Of a stretch of DNA of 64,000 nucleotides, positions 51,825-64,000 are shown piece by piece; position 1 is the first letter of the stretch, and each line of letters opens with the position of its first letter. Both the position numbers and the translations under genes were made by a program. Source of the stretch: Laetmonice hystrix (lineage: Eukaryota); NCBI GenBank assembly GCA_965235115.1, contig OZ249448.1, positions 7,688,001-7,752,000 on the forward strand, in the 5' to 3' direction. The notes beneath the pieces were generated by a model. It ran no database searches and had not been told where the DNA came from. It saw only the letters and a list, made by a program, of their open reading frames with translations.

Positions 51825-54402
51825 AGGGCCGCACGTAAGGCTTGGTATAAGCACTGTGACAAGTCGCACTCAACCTCTTGCTATCTGGAGCAGGGATGTT
51901 TTCTATTTCATAGACCGCCTTAATCAATACTAAACAATATCCCTGCTACCGTATTTTCCCCATCTAATCTGCATTGGCGACAAGCGTCTCTAGTTATGTC
52001 AATAGTAAAAGAACTGATTGAAGAGTTGGACTAGGTAATACACTTGAAATTAATGGTGGTATAAAATTTCAAACGCAGATTAAATCGTAAACCTATCCAC
52101 TATCTGTAGGCTATTTGCAGTTTCAGACATAAAACGTAATAGAAAGCGAGGAATAATTTTATTGTTTTCAATTCACTAGCATGCCATACTAGTAGGCTTA
52201 ATGCTACCTCGCCCTACCTATACCCCCATCTCCTAAATAACCAACTCCTAAATAACCAAATCAAAAAGTACAAACCGAGCGCTTTTATCCGCCGAAACTG
52301 ATCCTCGCCCTGACAAATGCATATTTAGTTCCAATTTCGCTCCCTAGGTGTCAGCACTGCTGTGACAGTTTTATTGCCCTCTCACTGTTTCAGTCGGGCC
52401 AGCTGTTAGGGGAGGGGGAGCCTCGGGTGAAAAAAACCTGTGGCTGCAAATGAGAAATCCCTCTCCAGGCGGGCTGCACCGACACATGGACTCATTCCTT
52501 ACAGCGTTTTTCCAGCTCAGCCAGATTATTATCAACATAATAGCAAGGCTTGCTTCTATTGATGTGAATCCATTAAAACACAGCTCGGGAGCTCAGAGGA
52601 TTAGAAAAAGCGTGCAATCGTTTTAATAACGCCGCCAACTGATGTTGTGTGTGCTACCGCATCAACTGCAATTTTCTCCAATTAAATATTATGTCCGCTG
52701 GGACTCGTCCTCAAAATCTCTGGTGCAGGAGGATGGGAGGGAGATGGGAGGGGGCTGGCACGGAGAAAACATGAACTGTTTCTTGGTGAAAACATATATC
52801 CATTAAAAGAGAGCCCAATCAAAGCGACATTCTTTTACACCGCCCTGAATGTGATGCCAGTCATTTCCTACAATTGTTGGGATTGTTAATGATCATTAGG
52901 CACAATTGCGCCAATTAGTGGTAAAGCTACAGCCCTCGCCCGAGACCTTATTACAGGCGCCTGCTAACTGTGTTGCCTATATAACCAACGTATTTGTGTG
53001 ATTGAATACGGGCGGCTAAAGGTCATGTTAACGACTCTTCTCATCTTGAATGCTGACACAAAAATCATCTCATCACACCATTTCATTTTCCTGCACACAC
53101 GTCAACTCTCGAGCTGTAGAGATCATAATGTCGCCTGGAAACGTTAATATCACGTTTTATATGTCTCTTATTTAACTGGGACAAAGGCGCATTCTCCAAT
53201 CATTTTCTAATGTTGTCGCTGCTTGGAAAGTACATCTCTACTCCAGCAATATCGAGACACCTCTGAAGTTAAAGTTGCTGAACATAAACAACCGATAATA
53301 CGAAATGTTTGCGAATCTTGACCCGTCGTCCCCGATTATTTCAGGAATAGAATGGGTAGTGTGTATGAATGTAATGAAACAAAACCCACGCCCTGTTGTT
53401 TGTATCTTTATATTACAAAATATAGAGCCCTTATGTTACAAAATATAGAGCCTAGTAAATGTTACAAAATATAGAGCCTAGTAAATGTTACAAAATATAG
53501 AGCCCTAGTAAATGTTACAAAATATAGAGCCTAGTAAATGTTAGAAAATATACAGCCCTAGTAAATGTTACAAAATATAGAGCCCTAGTAAACGTTACAA
53601 AATATAGAGCCTAGTAAATGTTATAAAATAAACAGCCCTAGTAAATGTTACAAAATATACAACCCTAGTAAATGTTACAAAATATAGAGCCCTAGTAAAT
53701 GTTACAAAATATACAGCCCTAGTAAATGTTCCTAGTCGGAATGTTGAACATACAACAGTCCATGTTCAGACCAGCCAGCCTAACCTAACTGACAAAGTCA
53801 GTCCAACAAGGTTTCGCGCAGGCCTCTGTATACAATAGTAACCCTTTCAGTTTGAGGATATCAATTTTGGACATAGCAGTCCTGTCTGAGATTGAAATAT
53901 GGGTAAAAAGACGACAGCACTTATCTCTTTGATCGCAACAGAAGACATTTCTATTCATAGCCTGATTAATAATACAGTGATTATTAAATAAGTCTTTTAT
54001 GAAGGTGATGCCTTTGCATCCTTCGTCCTTAAGTTGGTGTCAACTGTTCATTTCCAAGTTCTACTAGTTAATTAATTCATTTCTCAAAGCTGAACGTTAT
54101 TCTGAACGATTCCTGTGTCCACGATAGTCCATTATCGGTAGTAAACGAACAATGCTTCATTCACCAAACCGATGACATAATGTTGCCAAATAAACAATAA
54201 TACTGACAGCGCTAGAGGTACTGGCCCGCTGGCATAAAATATCAGCCATTGTATTTGTTTCAGGTCATCACAGCCGCCAGCCATAAGCATGAAATCAACC
54301 GGCCACAGCTTTGAATTATATTTTATGGCACCAACAGTGCATCGAGTCCCCGCCGCTGTTTCGTCAATCGCATTTGTCATACTTCATCGTACGTGCGGCC
54401 CT
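51825..54402. mobile_element. Candidate Kolobok-like non-autonomous element (2.6 kb)
   Basis: TTAA|AGGGCCGCACGTA ... TACGTGCGGCCCT|TTAA: 13-bp perfect TIR starting AGG with TTAA on both sides. No transposase inside. Confidence 0.45.
53412..53730. repeat. AT-rich minisatellite, 26/27-bp unit, about 12 copies
   Basis: GTTACAAAATATA(G/C)AGCC(C)TAGTAAAT repeated. Confidence 0.96.
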
Positions 54403-54536
54403 TTAAGAGCACCCACAGTGTGACCTACTTTTCTCTGGCCTCACAATGGAGTGTTATATCGGTGCCAAAACCTCAACAGACTTGGGACTACTTGAAGGCG
54501 GGCATAGAGGAGAATTAAACTCAACAGTCGTCTGTA

Positions 54537-54734
54537 GTGATTCCGTCTACGGAATCCTTGTTTGTCAAGGTTTGGTCCTCCAAACTTACATCGCTACTTC
54601 GGCCAACAAGGCCGCCCCACTTGGCTGAAGCCCCTACTAACTGGCCTTTCTTCCTGACCAAGCTTCTAGACAAAAGATGCCCGCCTCATTCTCCTCCGAC
54701 CAAACACCTCAGGACGGAGGAGCCTGCTACATGA
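54537..54734 (+). pseudogene. Possible CR1/L2 LINE apurinic-type endonuclease relic
   Basis: TESLFVKVWSSKLTSLLRPTRPP resembles IESLFIEI...K..IG.IYRPP. Confidence 0.25.
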
Positions 54735-57479
54735 AAAGACCTTCTTCATATGATTAGATTCCCTCCATGAAAATAAATTTACCAGCTTTCATGTTGATAA
54801 GGTTCATGCATCTACCCTATACACAGTATTAATCTAATAGAGTCAACTTCCCACGTCTTTTTTCATACAAGATGGATGTAATGATATTAGGATGCCTTTC
54901 GTGACTGTCAACGGAAAATGCTTCCACCGCCTCCTGGTCTCACTACAATTATTAATTTCATACTTGTATTTTGTTGATGTCAGCTTTGAATTAATGCCTT
55001 GAAAGGAAAACGTTACAATTTAATTACAAAGATGTGCATTAAGTTACTGTACAGACTTTGAAGTGCGACGCTTTTTGCACTTCAATCCGCAGGAAAGGCT
55101 TGCTAGGTTTATATTACCGACAGGCGTAATTCAGTGTTCATGACTTGCCGTGGCCACATGTCTAATGCATTGATTAGAAACAAATGTGTTTACTCATGAA
55201 ATGTTCTCATACATAGTCCACAGAACAAACGACTTTGCTGTCGTAACAAAACTCGTGTTATTCAATGTCTGAATGCCGACTGCACGATTTGCAGACGACA
55301 GGAGAACATGATCTTAGCATGTGTTATATAAGCGTTGGCCGACAATAAGTGTTGGCCAACGCATCAAAGCGACGGTTCTGTGTTGTCACCTCCACCATCC
55401 ACCTGTTCAACCTTTCTCTTCATCAACCACCGTTTCCATGGCGATGTCAAGATGCACTCTGGCAATGTATTAGTCCCTTCAGATGTTGGGAGTTTGACAC
55501 TCCCCACTTTTCACTCCACTGACGTTCATTAGAAGTACTTTATTCTGAAGCGAATCCTTGGACTCCTGCTAAGTTCATCCCTAGCAACGCCGGTCGAAAT
55601 TGCCTCTAGATTAAAAGCAAGTTTTGTTTTTTTTCCCCTGGTTTCAGGTTGATTTAATACTGTTAAGAGATTTGATTTGCTCCAAACTGGCATGTTTTCC
55701 ATGGAAAGTTTCTAAAGGACAGTTCATCCAGAAATGAAAATTTAAGATGCGAGTAAGCGCTTCTAATAATTCTTTTACCCTCCATTATACTTTACTTAGG
55801 TAGAACACATTTCGGTCACAAAATGGTCTACAAAGACAACAACAAACGCTCTGCGATAATGGATGTCATTTTATCACTGCTGCACGGCCAAACTGTTTAA
55901 CAATTCCCATAGCCTAGCGAGTAGATAACATTCAGCGTTCGGCCATTTTTTGTTGTGTCTCCCTTGAGAAGCCAGAATTCTCTAAAAGCTTTGCTGGTAC
56001 TCATTTCATTCGTCAACAAAAACGGGCAATTCATTTCTTCGGCTGTGTATGGTACAATCTCATCTGTCATTCAGTGACAGTGAAACACTTCGACACGTCT
56101 AGGGCAGTATTCCCTAAAGGATGGCACTAAATCTGCTCAGTATTCAAAATGTTGTGATTACTCCCCTCTCAGGCTGCTAGCCTTATCTATGCATAACATC
56201 CGCAGGAGGACAATATTGCCCGATATTGTTCACTGAAATCACGCTTATCCCCATGTCATTAAACCTGTCAGGCGTGAAATCCATTTTCCCTACTCCATCG
56301 AGCTTGAAAAATTCATTTCTGTCACCATGGTAACACGTGCCTGTAGGTCATACAAGTGCTTGAACATGCCGCCGCATTATACAAGATTCCGGCTGGAAAA
56401 CCATCGTCAAAACTGGGTGTCAATTAAACTGCCACCTTTCACCCCGAGTCTGATGGCCCTGTGGCCATGAATTATGTGACCACGCTGACAGCCCGTCGAA
56501 TCAGCAGCATGCCCCTCCCGTTTTTACACCTGACCACACCGCAAATTAGCTAGCAATATTCAATTCTTTGCCACACTTTGTTGTCTTTTTTTTCTTTTGT
56601 GCCACGGTGAGGCAGAGTTCCATCTGCCATTGTCGCTGTCCGTTACTATCCTCCTGTCCCAGTTTTCCGACCAGGATTTTTATTTAACGTTGACAGGTGT
56701 GGCCTCAAGACCCTTAAACCAATCTAGTTGATTTCGGAGGCAGCCATGCCAGACAACTTTGTATGGCGGTCGTGTGGCACATTACATGCCACTACAGGCC
56801 AACCGTCTCTGCATTAATTCAAGACTATCAGTATGGCACGGGGCCAGCCAGACCACCCTTGGCACCACAGCAAAGCGGCATTACCAACCAAGAAAATGAA
56901 GTAACCAATGGCAACTCAGAACATCTCTCTGCTTCAACTGCCCTTGTACATGAAGGAAAGAAAATCAGCCCCTGTATGAACAACACCATACGTAGATAGG
57001 CCAACCCCACGCTGCTTTGCAACTGTTTTCTTGAAATAGGAAGCGAGTTAGAAGGTGAACGCAGAAACTTTCGCAAACAAGACACTTTACCAATAAATAT
57101 TTCTCTAAGATGCCGGGCATGAAGGCAATAAACTGTTTAAGGATGTGGAAAAGTGTCCATTTCATTCCGTAATTCCAATTAGACGGCGGAAACTGCATAC
57201 CTCGTACACCATTACACTTAGTTTTTACTCTCCTATTGCTTTCATAGGTCAATTTCCCACCTCTGCACCGATTTTACAAGAGAAGATTTCAACCTAAGCC
57301 TCTGCATGCTACCTGTTCAATGTGCATGTTTGTAGCATTCCTAAACGGTCTACTTACACAATCACACGCATATTTCAGATTTCACTTGGCTGTCCCCCTT
57401 TTATCCACCAATTGCCAATAGGTCCATTAGGTACAGGGTCCTGATCGTAGCGACCATCAGTCATCCTACTTTACACACC

Positions 57480-57760
57480 CAGCACATCCTGTATAGGAGC
57501 CAGCTAACGAGTTAATACCAGGATGTATTCGTTATCGTAATGAGCCAGTCACATGTCTTCCGTGATACCTTAATGCTACCTGCTAATGTGTCTCATATGG
57601 CTTTAGGAGACCCTGGAATTAGGTAGACAGCTCTTTTTATGTGCGCAAGCTGCGAATCTGGTGATGGACACGGCTCGACCTACTCCAAACACTTGAGGAT
57701 CCCTAACAAACCTTTCCCATCCTCCCCGATGGCACCATTAAATGAGACTGATGGCGGTAC
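57480..57760 (-). pseudogene. Possible Gypsy integrase relic (zinc-binding domain to core)
   Basis: Collinear fragments across frameshifts: GLLGILKCLE*V, ACAHKKS.LP, GIT, DNEYILVLT; resemble GHLG..KTLERV / C..C..KKS / DI.G / GN.YILV.TD. Confidence 0.3.
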
Positions 57761-58529
57761 GGTACCGACACGGTACAGTTCAACACATCTCGGTAAATAA
57801 CCACGCTCACCCACCATATTTCCCCTTTCACCGGCTTCATTATAAAAGCACCGAGTCTGCTCCCTCTGTGGCATGTGACTAAAACGTTACCAGAATGTTT
57901 GATGTTTATTCGCTAATTGTGACACGAATTCTGGCTGCTTATTGATGTTATAATAACACCACGTTTTTCCGGTACAACGTCGATTCACTGCCTAACAATA
58001 ATAACATGTACTGAAAAAGTGCCTGAGCTCGCTGCTACTGCTGCTGGGGTGGAGAGGTTTTTCTCTGTGCACATGAATCGTTCTCACAATCTCTCATCTC
58101 CCTCTTCCTCTCTTTGTTTTCGTCCACAATAGCCTGAGCTAACGGGAAATTTACACCTTTTTGTTGGCTCATTAGAGCGTTCGACCCTGGCTGGTTGGCT
58201 GAGTGCAGAGATCAAACATACGCCACCTAATCCCACCCACCCATCTTCTCCATGCTAACTCAACAATGGCGGCGGAAACAAAACTTTCTCACACCTGCTG
58301 ACGTTCGCTCTCTAAGGTCTCCATATCAAAGGATCATTGATGTAGAAATGATAATATTAATGATCAAAACATTTAAGATATTGCAGTCTTCTTATGGCAA
58401 CATCTCTGCCGCAAAATCCCATTCTCGACCGCTTTCACAAGCCAGTCAAGTATTGGTTGTTTTATGAGGTGATGGTTTTCTGCAGTCTCCTTCTTCAAAA
58501 GGTTACAAAATGAAACAGAAATTATTTCA

Positions 58530-58770
58530 AGTTATGGTTTTAAGGAACCAAGCCAGAGTTTTTATAAATGGCACAATTAAAACATGCACGGGCTCTCCTC
58601 ATCATGAAAGCTCCACTGAAGTGGCACTGCTCTCAAGCGAAGTTTGAGGACATAGAAATTCTAACGTCCTCCATCGGCTGTCAATCACAGCAAGACCTAC
58701 AAGTCACCAAATCTTCAAACCACAAGAGTTACAAAACCACGTTAAAGCCAAATGCAACAATCCAGCTACC
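58530..58770 (+). pseudogene. Penelope-like GIY-YIG endonuclease relic
   Basis: *GTKPEFL*MAQLKH...HCSQAKFEDIEILTSS..QDLQV..SS..K..KTTLKPN resembles YIG.T.R.L..R..EH...H...F.D.EIL...DL...E...I..P.LN. Confidence 0.35.
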
Positions 58771-59089
58771 TTATACCTTCCCATATGCCTTATACAATAA
58801 AGAATAACATCAGCAATAAATGCAGGTCAATAGGTTTTACATAAACGAGAATGCCAACCTTAAACTACGAGTACCGTACCTCTAGCCGAGAAATGAACTC
58901 GGCGCCATTTTACATCACATTATCACATGGGAGATTGATTCAGCCAATCAAAAACAGTCAGGTCACCCGGAAGTGTGACGTCGCCAGAGCCGCGAGTTTC
59001 CACCAGCTGTCAGATCGGGTGAGGATACAAGGTAGTCAGAGAGTCTAGACTGAGAGCTGCGAGTAAGATTATCCGTGTCATAGTACTAG

Positions 59090-59200
59090 GAGACCGATCA
59101 GCAGGTCTAACCACACCACTGACTTGGTGCTGATCCTTCGTAAAGATATGCCTGGGTGTGCTAGCTGAACGGTAGCCCGACGCTTTGACAGTGGCAGTGC
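59090..59200 (-). pseudogene. Possible Gypsy integrase zinc-binding-domain relic
   Basis: VQLAHPGISLRRISTKSVVWLDL resembles LH.AHPGI.RMK..ARS.VWWP.LD. Confidence 0.22.
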
Positions 59201-62200
59201 ACGCCATGTCCCCGGCCGTAGACTGCCGTAGTCTGTCACTACTGTCAGACTCCATCCATGACCCAACCAGTGTACATTTCATTCTCTAGTTGACAATTCT
59301 CCGTATAAATAATAGCTTTCAGCCACCATTTCATGCGTTGGAGGGTATTGCGACGAATTTCTGTTCGTTTAAGCGCCCGGTAAGAGATTTTTCAATACGT
59401 TGTCGATCGACCAAATTGGCATGTCTGGCCCCGTCCAACCACCAGTGCACGCCCGTCGGGAGCACCGTGCTGCCCCGTTGTTGACTTCACCACCTGACTC
59501 GGGTGTCGGGGTGAGTGAGGCATGGAGCCTGGGACAGGGCACGCATGAAGGGGACATGAAGTCATGTAATCGACATGGGCCGAGATAACCATGGTCCGAG
59601 TTCACCAGTAACCATTATTGTACATAGTGTCCGTGAAGATGGTTGACCAACACAGTGATGGGGGAATGGGGTAGGCTCTAGGGACGCCATTTTTTAAGGT
59701 CTCACGGCAGTGAATTTCGGCAAGATGGACGCCGTGAGCAAACGGGCAACTGTCAGTTTCTATCGGGGATTACTTTTAACACACAGACTTTGTGGGAATT
59801 AGATGGTGGCAGGTAAAAGGCACTATACCATGGTTATCCATGGGCCCTATTGCTAGTGGCGGTTTCGGATCGCTTTAACGTTTCCACACCACAATGACAT
59901 CCCAGTCCATACTCTTAACCATGCAGCCACACTCCCCCAAGTAGCGGCTTGCAATCTACTTGTCTACAAACATGAAGAGTCTCATTTTCTAAGTTGCGTT
60001 TAACAGTTTTTCCTCCCAGAACAAACAAGGCCGCCTCAAGGTCTGACAGCCGAGGCCAGCGTGATAGGCGGTGTTTCACCACAGAGAAACTCAATGACTT
60101 GAAGCCAGGAGAGTCGAAACACTTCAAGTGTAGATTTATGTTGGCCTGACATTGACTCGGCTTCCACAGCCTGGCCACAACTCTAGCCGCCCCCAAACAG
60201 TACCACTCAACATGTTCTCCACACCCTCACAGACTCACCACCCTATCCCCCACTCGCACGCACTTTTTATTCGGTTTTTACGGGCTGCATTCAGTGTTAC
60301 AGCCAGAGATTTTCACAAAGCTTCGCAAAGACAAGTGAAATCTGTCCATGCGGTATAGCCAGAGTTATCCGTACGAGAGCTTGTTACTTTGACGTGTATT
60401 TTTTTCTTGGACCAGGACGGTGTATTGGTGGACTGGATCGCTGAGTACCGGACAGCCGGAGATATTCTGGTCACATTCGGTCGCCTGTCGTGGCCATGTC
60501 TATCCGGCGTCACATCCCAATCACGGGATAAAGTTGGGTAGAATTAGAGGCGCCGCATGTGTCTGCAGGCTGCCCGACCGTCCCGAGAGCATGTCGCCGC
60601 CGACTTCAATTGGATCGTGGAGCTGTGCCGCCCACCCTCCCGCCCCTGGTGCCGAGCCCCCTGTGGGCCAGGCGGACGGATTGATCTAGAGGTAAACAGC
60701 TGGCGGGCCGAGCGGCCGCAATCTGATCCCAGGCTATCGGTGCTGATCACTGATCCGAATAACAAACTGACGATTAGCAGTCGTGATCAGTACCGCCTGC
60801 CGCACACCCGCAATCTCACTTGGCCCCACCCCCGCCCCCCAATAAGGACGCTCTATTGGAAATGGATTTATATATCCCCCCCCCCCCCACACACACACAC
60901 ACTGTTCCGGCCGCGAGGCAGGGTGAATTCTACTTGGGACAACTCACAAACCCTCCTGTCCACATGTCTCATCAGTGAAATCCCTGGATTCCCCCAAATT
61001 TCTCCCAAGGACATAGCCCTCCCGTTGAACCTCTTTTACATTTGGACTCTCCCTCTTTATAACTAGGATCTTTTCTTTCAATCTCCTTTCCTATTCCAAT
61101 GTTCTATCAAAAAAGTCACCATCATTCCAAGCACCTCTGGGTCCCTCAACAGCTACTCACTGACAATTTCTCCGCTAGGTGGCCTTCGTTTGAGGTGGGT
61201 TTCAGGCGAGCACGTTGCCCCAGAAAGTCGTCCGGCCTGTATATACCTGCGATATTCTGAGCTAACAGGAACGTCCGCTGTGTGTGGAGCCGCAGACAGA
61301 GCCAGGAATGGCTTGAGGGGTAACAACTTGTTACGCCATAGAAACCATTCCTGACCAACAAATATCAAGATCTGGCACAATGAAGTAGACATTATATTAA
61401 TTAAGGTCAGATCGTAATGAAAGATGAAGTAGATATATCACCAAGTGAGACATCAGTTTGGAACTTATATCATGTGGAATTTAAAAACGAAAAGAAAAGA
61501 AAAAAAATCGGTTGCCATGGTAATGACAGCTTCTTCTAATTTATAGAAATATTTTCTATAAAAGTTGTTCCTTTTATCATTTCCTATCAAATGACGCAAG
61601 TTTTGTGTAATTCGCACAATTTTGTCCAAAGTTAGGTGCATGTGACCTGCTGTAGCCGTCGGCCTAAATTCGACGATATGTCACGTGATCCGTACTTCCG
61701 CACTGGACCATTGCAGGATTTTCATACATTTATAATAAATTTGGATTGTGTCCTGCACCGTAAATTATTTGTAAGAATGCACAATTTGGTATTTTATTTA
61801 TTTTTTTAATTTTTGTGGGTGGTTGGAGGATCAGGCAGGATCGAGGATGCCCCTGCGGTTGTCATGGTAATGTAGGTAGTAGTTTGGCAATAAGATAATG
61901 CAGAAAATTTATAACATTTTACCATTTCAGGCTGGTTTTTTGTGTGTCCCTGAATGCCACATGAGCGAAAATTTGGTTAAAAACATATCTTCGTAGCAAG
62001 ACTGAAAGGAGTACAGGAAGGGGCTCACCCCTAAATTTTAGGCAGCCCTGGGGAGGGGGGTGTTCCCAAGCATGGGCTTTGGTCTTGACCCACTCCGAGT
62101 CCAACTGCTATCTGGCCAGACATGCAGTGGGGCACGAGATCTCACCCCCACCCCAACTGTGAATCGCCATCACAAAAGTTGCCCAAAATTTATTGTTCAA

Positions 62201-64000
62201 CACATGTTGATGAAATATAGGTCTCTTTCATGTAAAAAGTGAGAAAAAATTAATTCATATTATGTGCGAATTCTTGAAAGCTGCATTTTTTTCTGGGACA
62301 CGCTGTCGAGGGAGCACAACAAACAATATTTCAGTGAACTGTGTTTAAGTTTGGGGAATGCGTGATGACATTCATGTGTACATTATTGCACTGGTGGGGT
62401 GCGGGTGGGGGTGGGGGTGGGGGGTAAACACCATAAAGTCAACAGTAATCACACTCAACATCCACATGCGCGATCACGAATCGTGCGTGTCACAATAACT
62501 CGAGTTTATGAGGGATTCATTGTAACAGTGCCAACCCCGCCCTTTCACAACGGCAACACTATAATATACTGATAGCAATGACTTCAGCACTATAATTGTC
62601 CCTTGCACAACATTTCCTCGTCAGTATCAATGTCCTTTATCTGAGCCTTACTCCATTTACAGGATAATCACTAATCATTAGTGTCACCATTTCATGGCTT
62701 GTTGTATCTATCGTTTATTGTCAGTAATCAAGGCAGTATGCCAGCCGGGTTGGGGTGTCCCGCTCGGCCGGGCAATCGGTGACGTCCTCACCTCACACAC
62801 CTACACATTACTGATCAACCCGGTATTATCTCTGAAAACATCTGCACAACTCCCACACACATCACCCCTCCAGCCATCTGCCCGCTCACAGCCGTATTTA
62901 AACTTTAACTCATGCACTACCCCCTAGAAAATGATTCAATAGAAATAATGAAATACCGGGCAATACTGACAAAGCATTTGTTCTTCATTTATAGAGTCTT
63001 CCTGGAACAACGTTATATTTAACAACATACCATGCACCTCTCTCAGCTAGGAGAATAGAAATTGTGGCATGAAGCACACAAAGCGTTTCTAAAATACAAG
63101 CGTGGGCTGCAGATGTATATTGCGTTCAGTGGAACTGATACCTTCCATGTTTTGAAGCCATTAAAAATGCAAACCCTTTGTAGACTTTAAATAGCTGGAA
63201 TGTACAAACATGCAGAGAACTGTGTAGAACATGCAGGACTCCATTCTACAGTCTGATACATGGTGTTGAATAACGACGAATAGAACACTCACCCGATCGT
63301 CAGTCTCACTACTTTCACTATCACACTGCAAGAGACAAAGGCACAGGTTATACATCGTTACCTTATCTCTGCAATCATGTAGTTTGGCAAGCCGGTTATC
63401 TGCTTGATGATATCTACCAGATAACCATTCACCCCTCCCCCCGGCCATGGCATGATGATGTCAATTTCCTGCTAACTGGTGGTTCAGGTTCAGGTGATAA
63501 AAAGCGAAGAGCATCATGAGGGTTAAGCTGCCCCAGGACCCTAGGAATGAGACCTGAATGATTCTTTATGAGCTAGCCGAGACATGCCAGAAATCCAAAC
63601 ATGGCGCTGCGAGCATATCCTGGATATTACGGCCAATATTGACTTGTGTCAGGGGGCTGGCTGTCACTTTCATCGGGCTGATTAGACCGAATGAAGCTTG
63701 CCATAACGGTGATGACATAATTGTGCTTGCCCGGCTTGCCATACCCAATACGGACCGAGAACACAGTGGCGTTGGTAATACACACCTGTAAGATGATCAC
63801 AGCAGTAGCGCCGTGTCCACATATAACGGAATACAGTCAATGAGTCAATGTTGAACAGGTAGCGCTCTAAAAGGCTCCCACCCGGCCACCAACACATGCT
63901 CTGTAAATACCGGTTTCACAATCCCACCTCAGTAAATGGGCGAGTTCCAGCGTCAGGAAGCCATTAATGACCTGTCCTTGTCTCCGGGGCGGGTTGAAGA

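Noticed and set aside
61873-61895. let-7/miR-196-like TAGGTAGTAGTTTGG
   Set aside because: No complementary star arm or hairpin on either side; lies in AT-rich TE-like DNA.
63196-63215. miR-1-like TGGAATGTACAAACATGCAG
   Set aside because: Only the seed matches; the putative 5' arm pairs poorly and the loop would be about 40 nt.
1-64000. Homeobox, C2H2 zinc-finger, tRNA, rRNA or snRNA genes
   Set aside because: Searched by eye for WFQNRR, TGEKP, T-loop and known RNA signatures on both strands; none found.

Overview
This is eukaryotic, metazoan-type nuclear DNA, probably from an invertebrate (inference from mid-range GC, frequent CpG, GT-AG splice signals, CTCF-like motifs and long G/C runs). 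It is not a prokaryotic locus. I found no intact recognisable host gene, no rRNA, tRNA or miRNA, and no CRISPR array. All long ORFs in the track come from tandem repeats. The window has four components. (i) Seven homogeneous minisatellites with 66, 74, 44, 55, 90, 31 and 26/27 bp units, six of them in the first 27 kb. (ii) Transposon relics: one clear pogo/Tigger-type non-autonomous element (35156-36389) with a nested 5-bp-TSD MITE, a TTAA-flanked Kolobok-like interval (51825-54402), and weaker fragments resembling piggyBac, DIRS/Ngaro, Gypsy, Penelope, hAT and CR1/L2. (iii) Several promoter-like or exon-like signals with no assignable protein. (iv) A right half that looks like a regulatory gene desert. 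The most striking observation is that the 90-bp array is a 10-fold in-frame amplification of what looks like the first catalytic-aspartate motif of a piggyBac transposase. All protein assignments are by-eye motif recognition from memory, without database searches.
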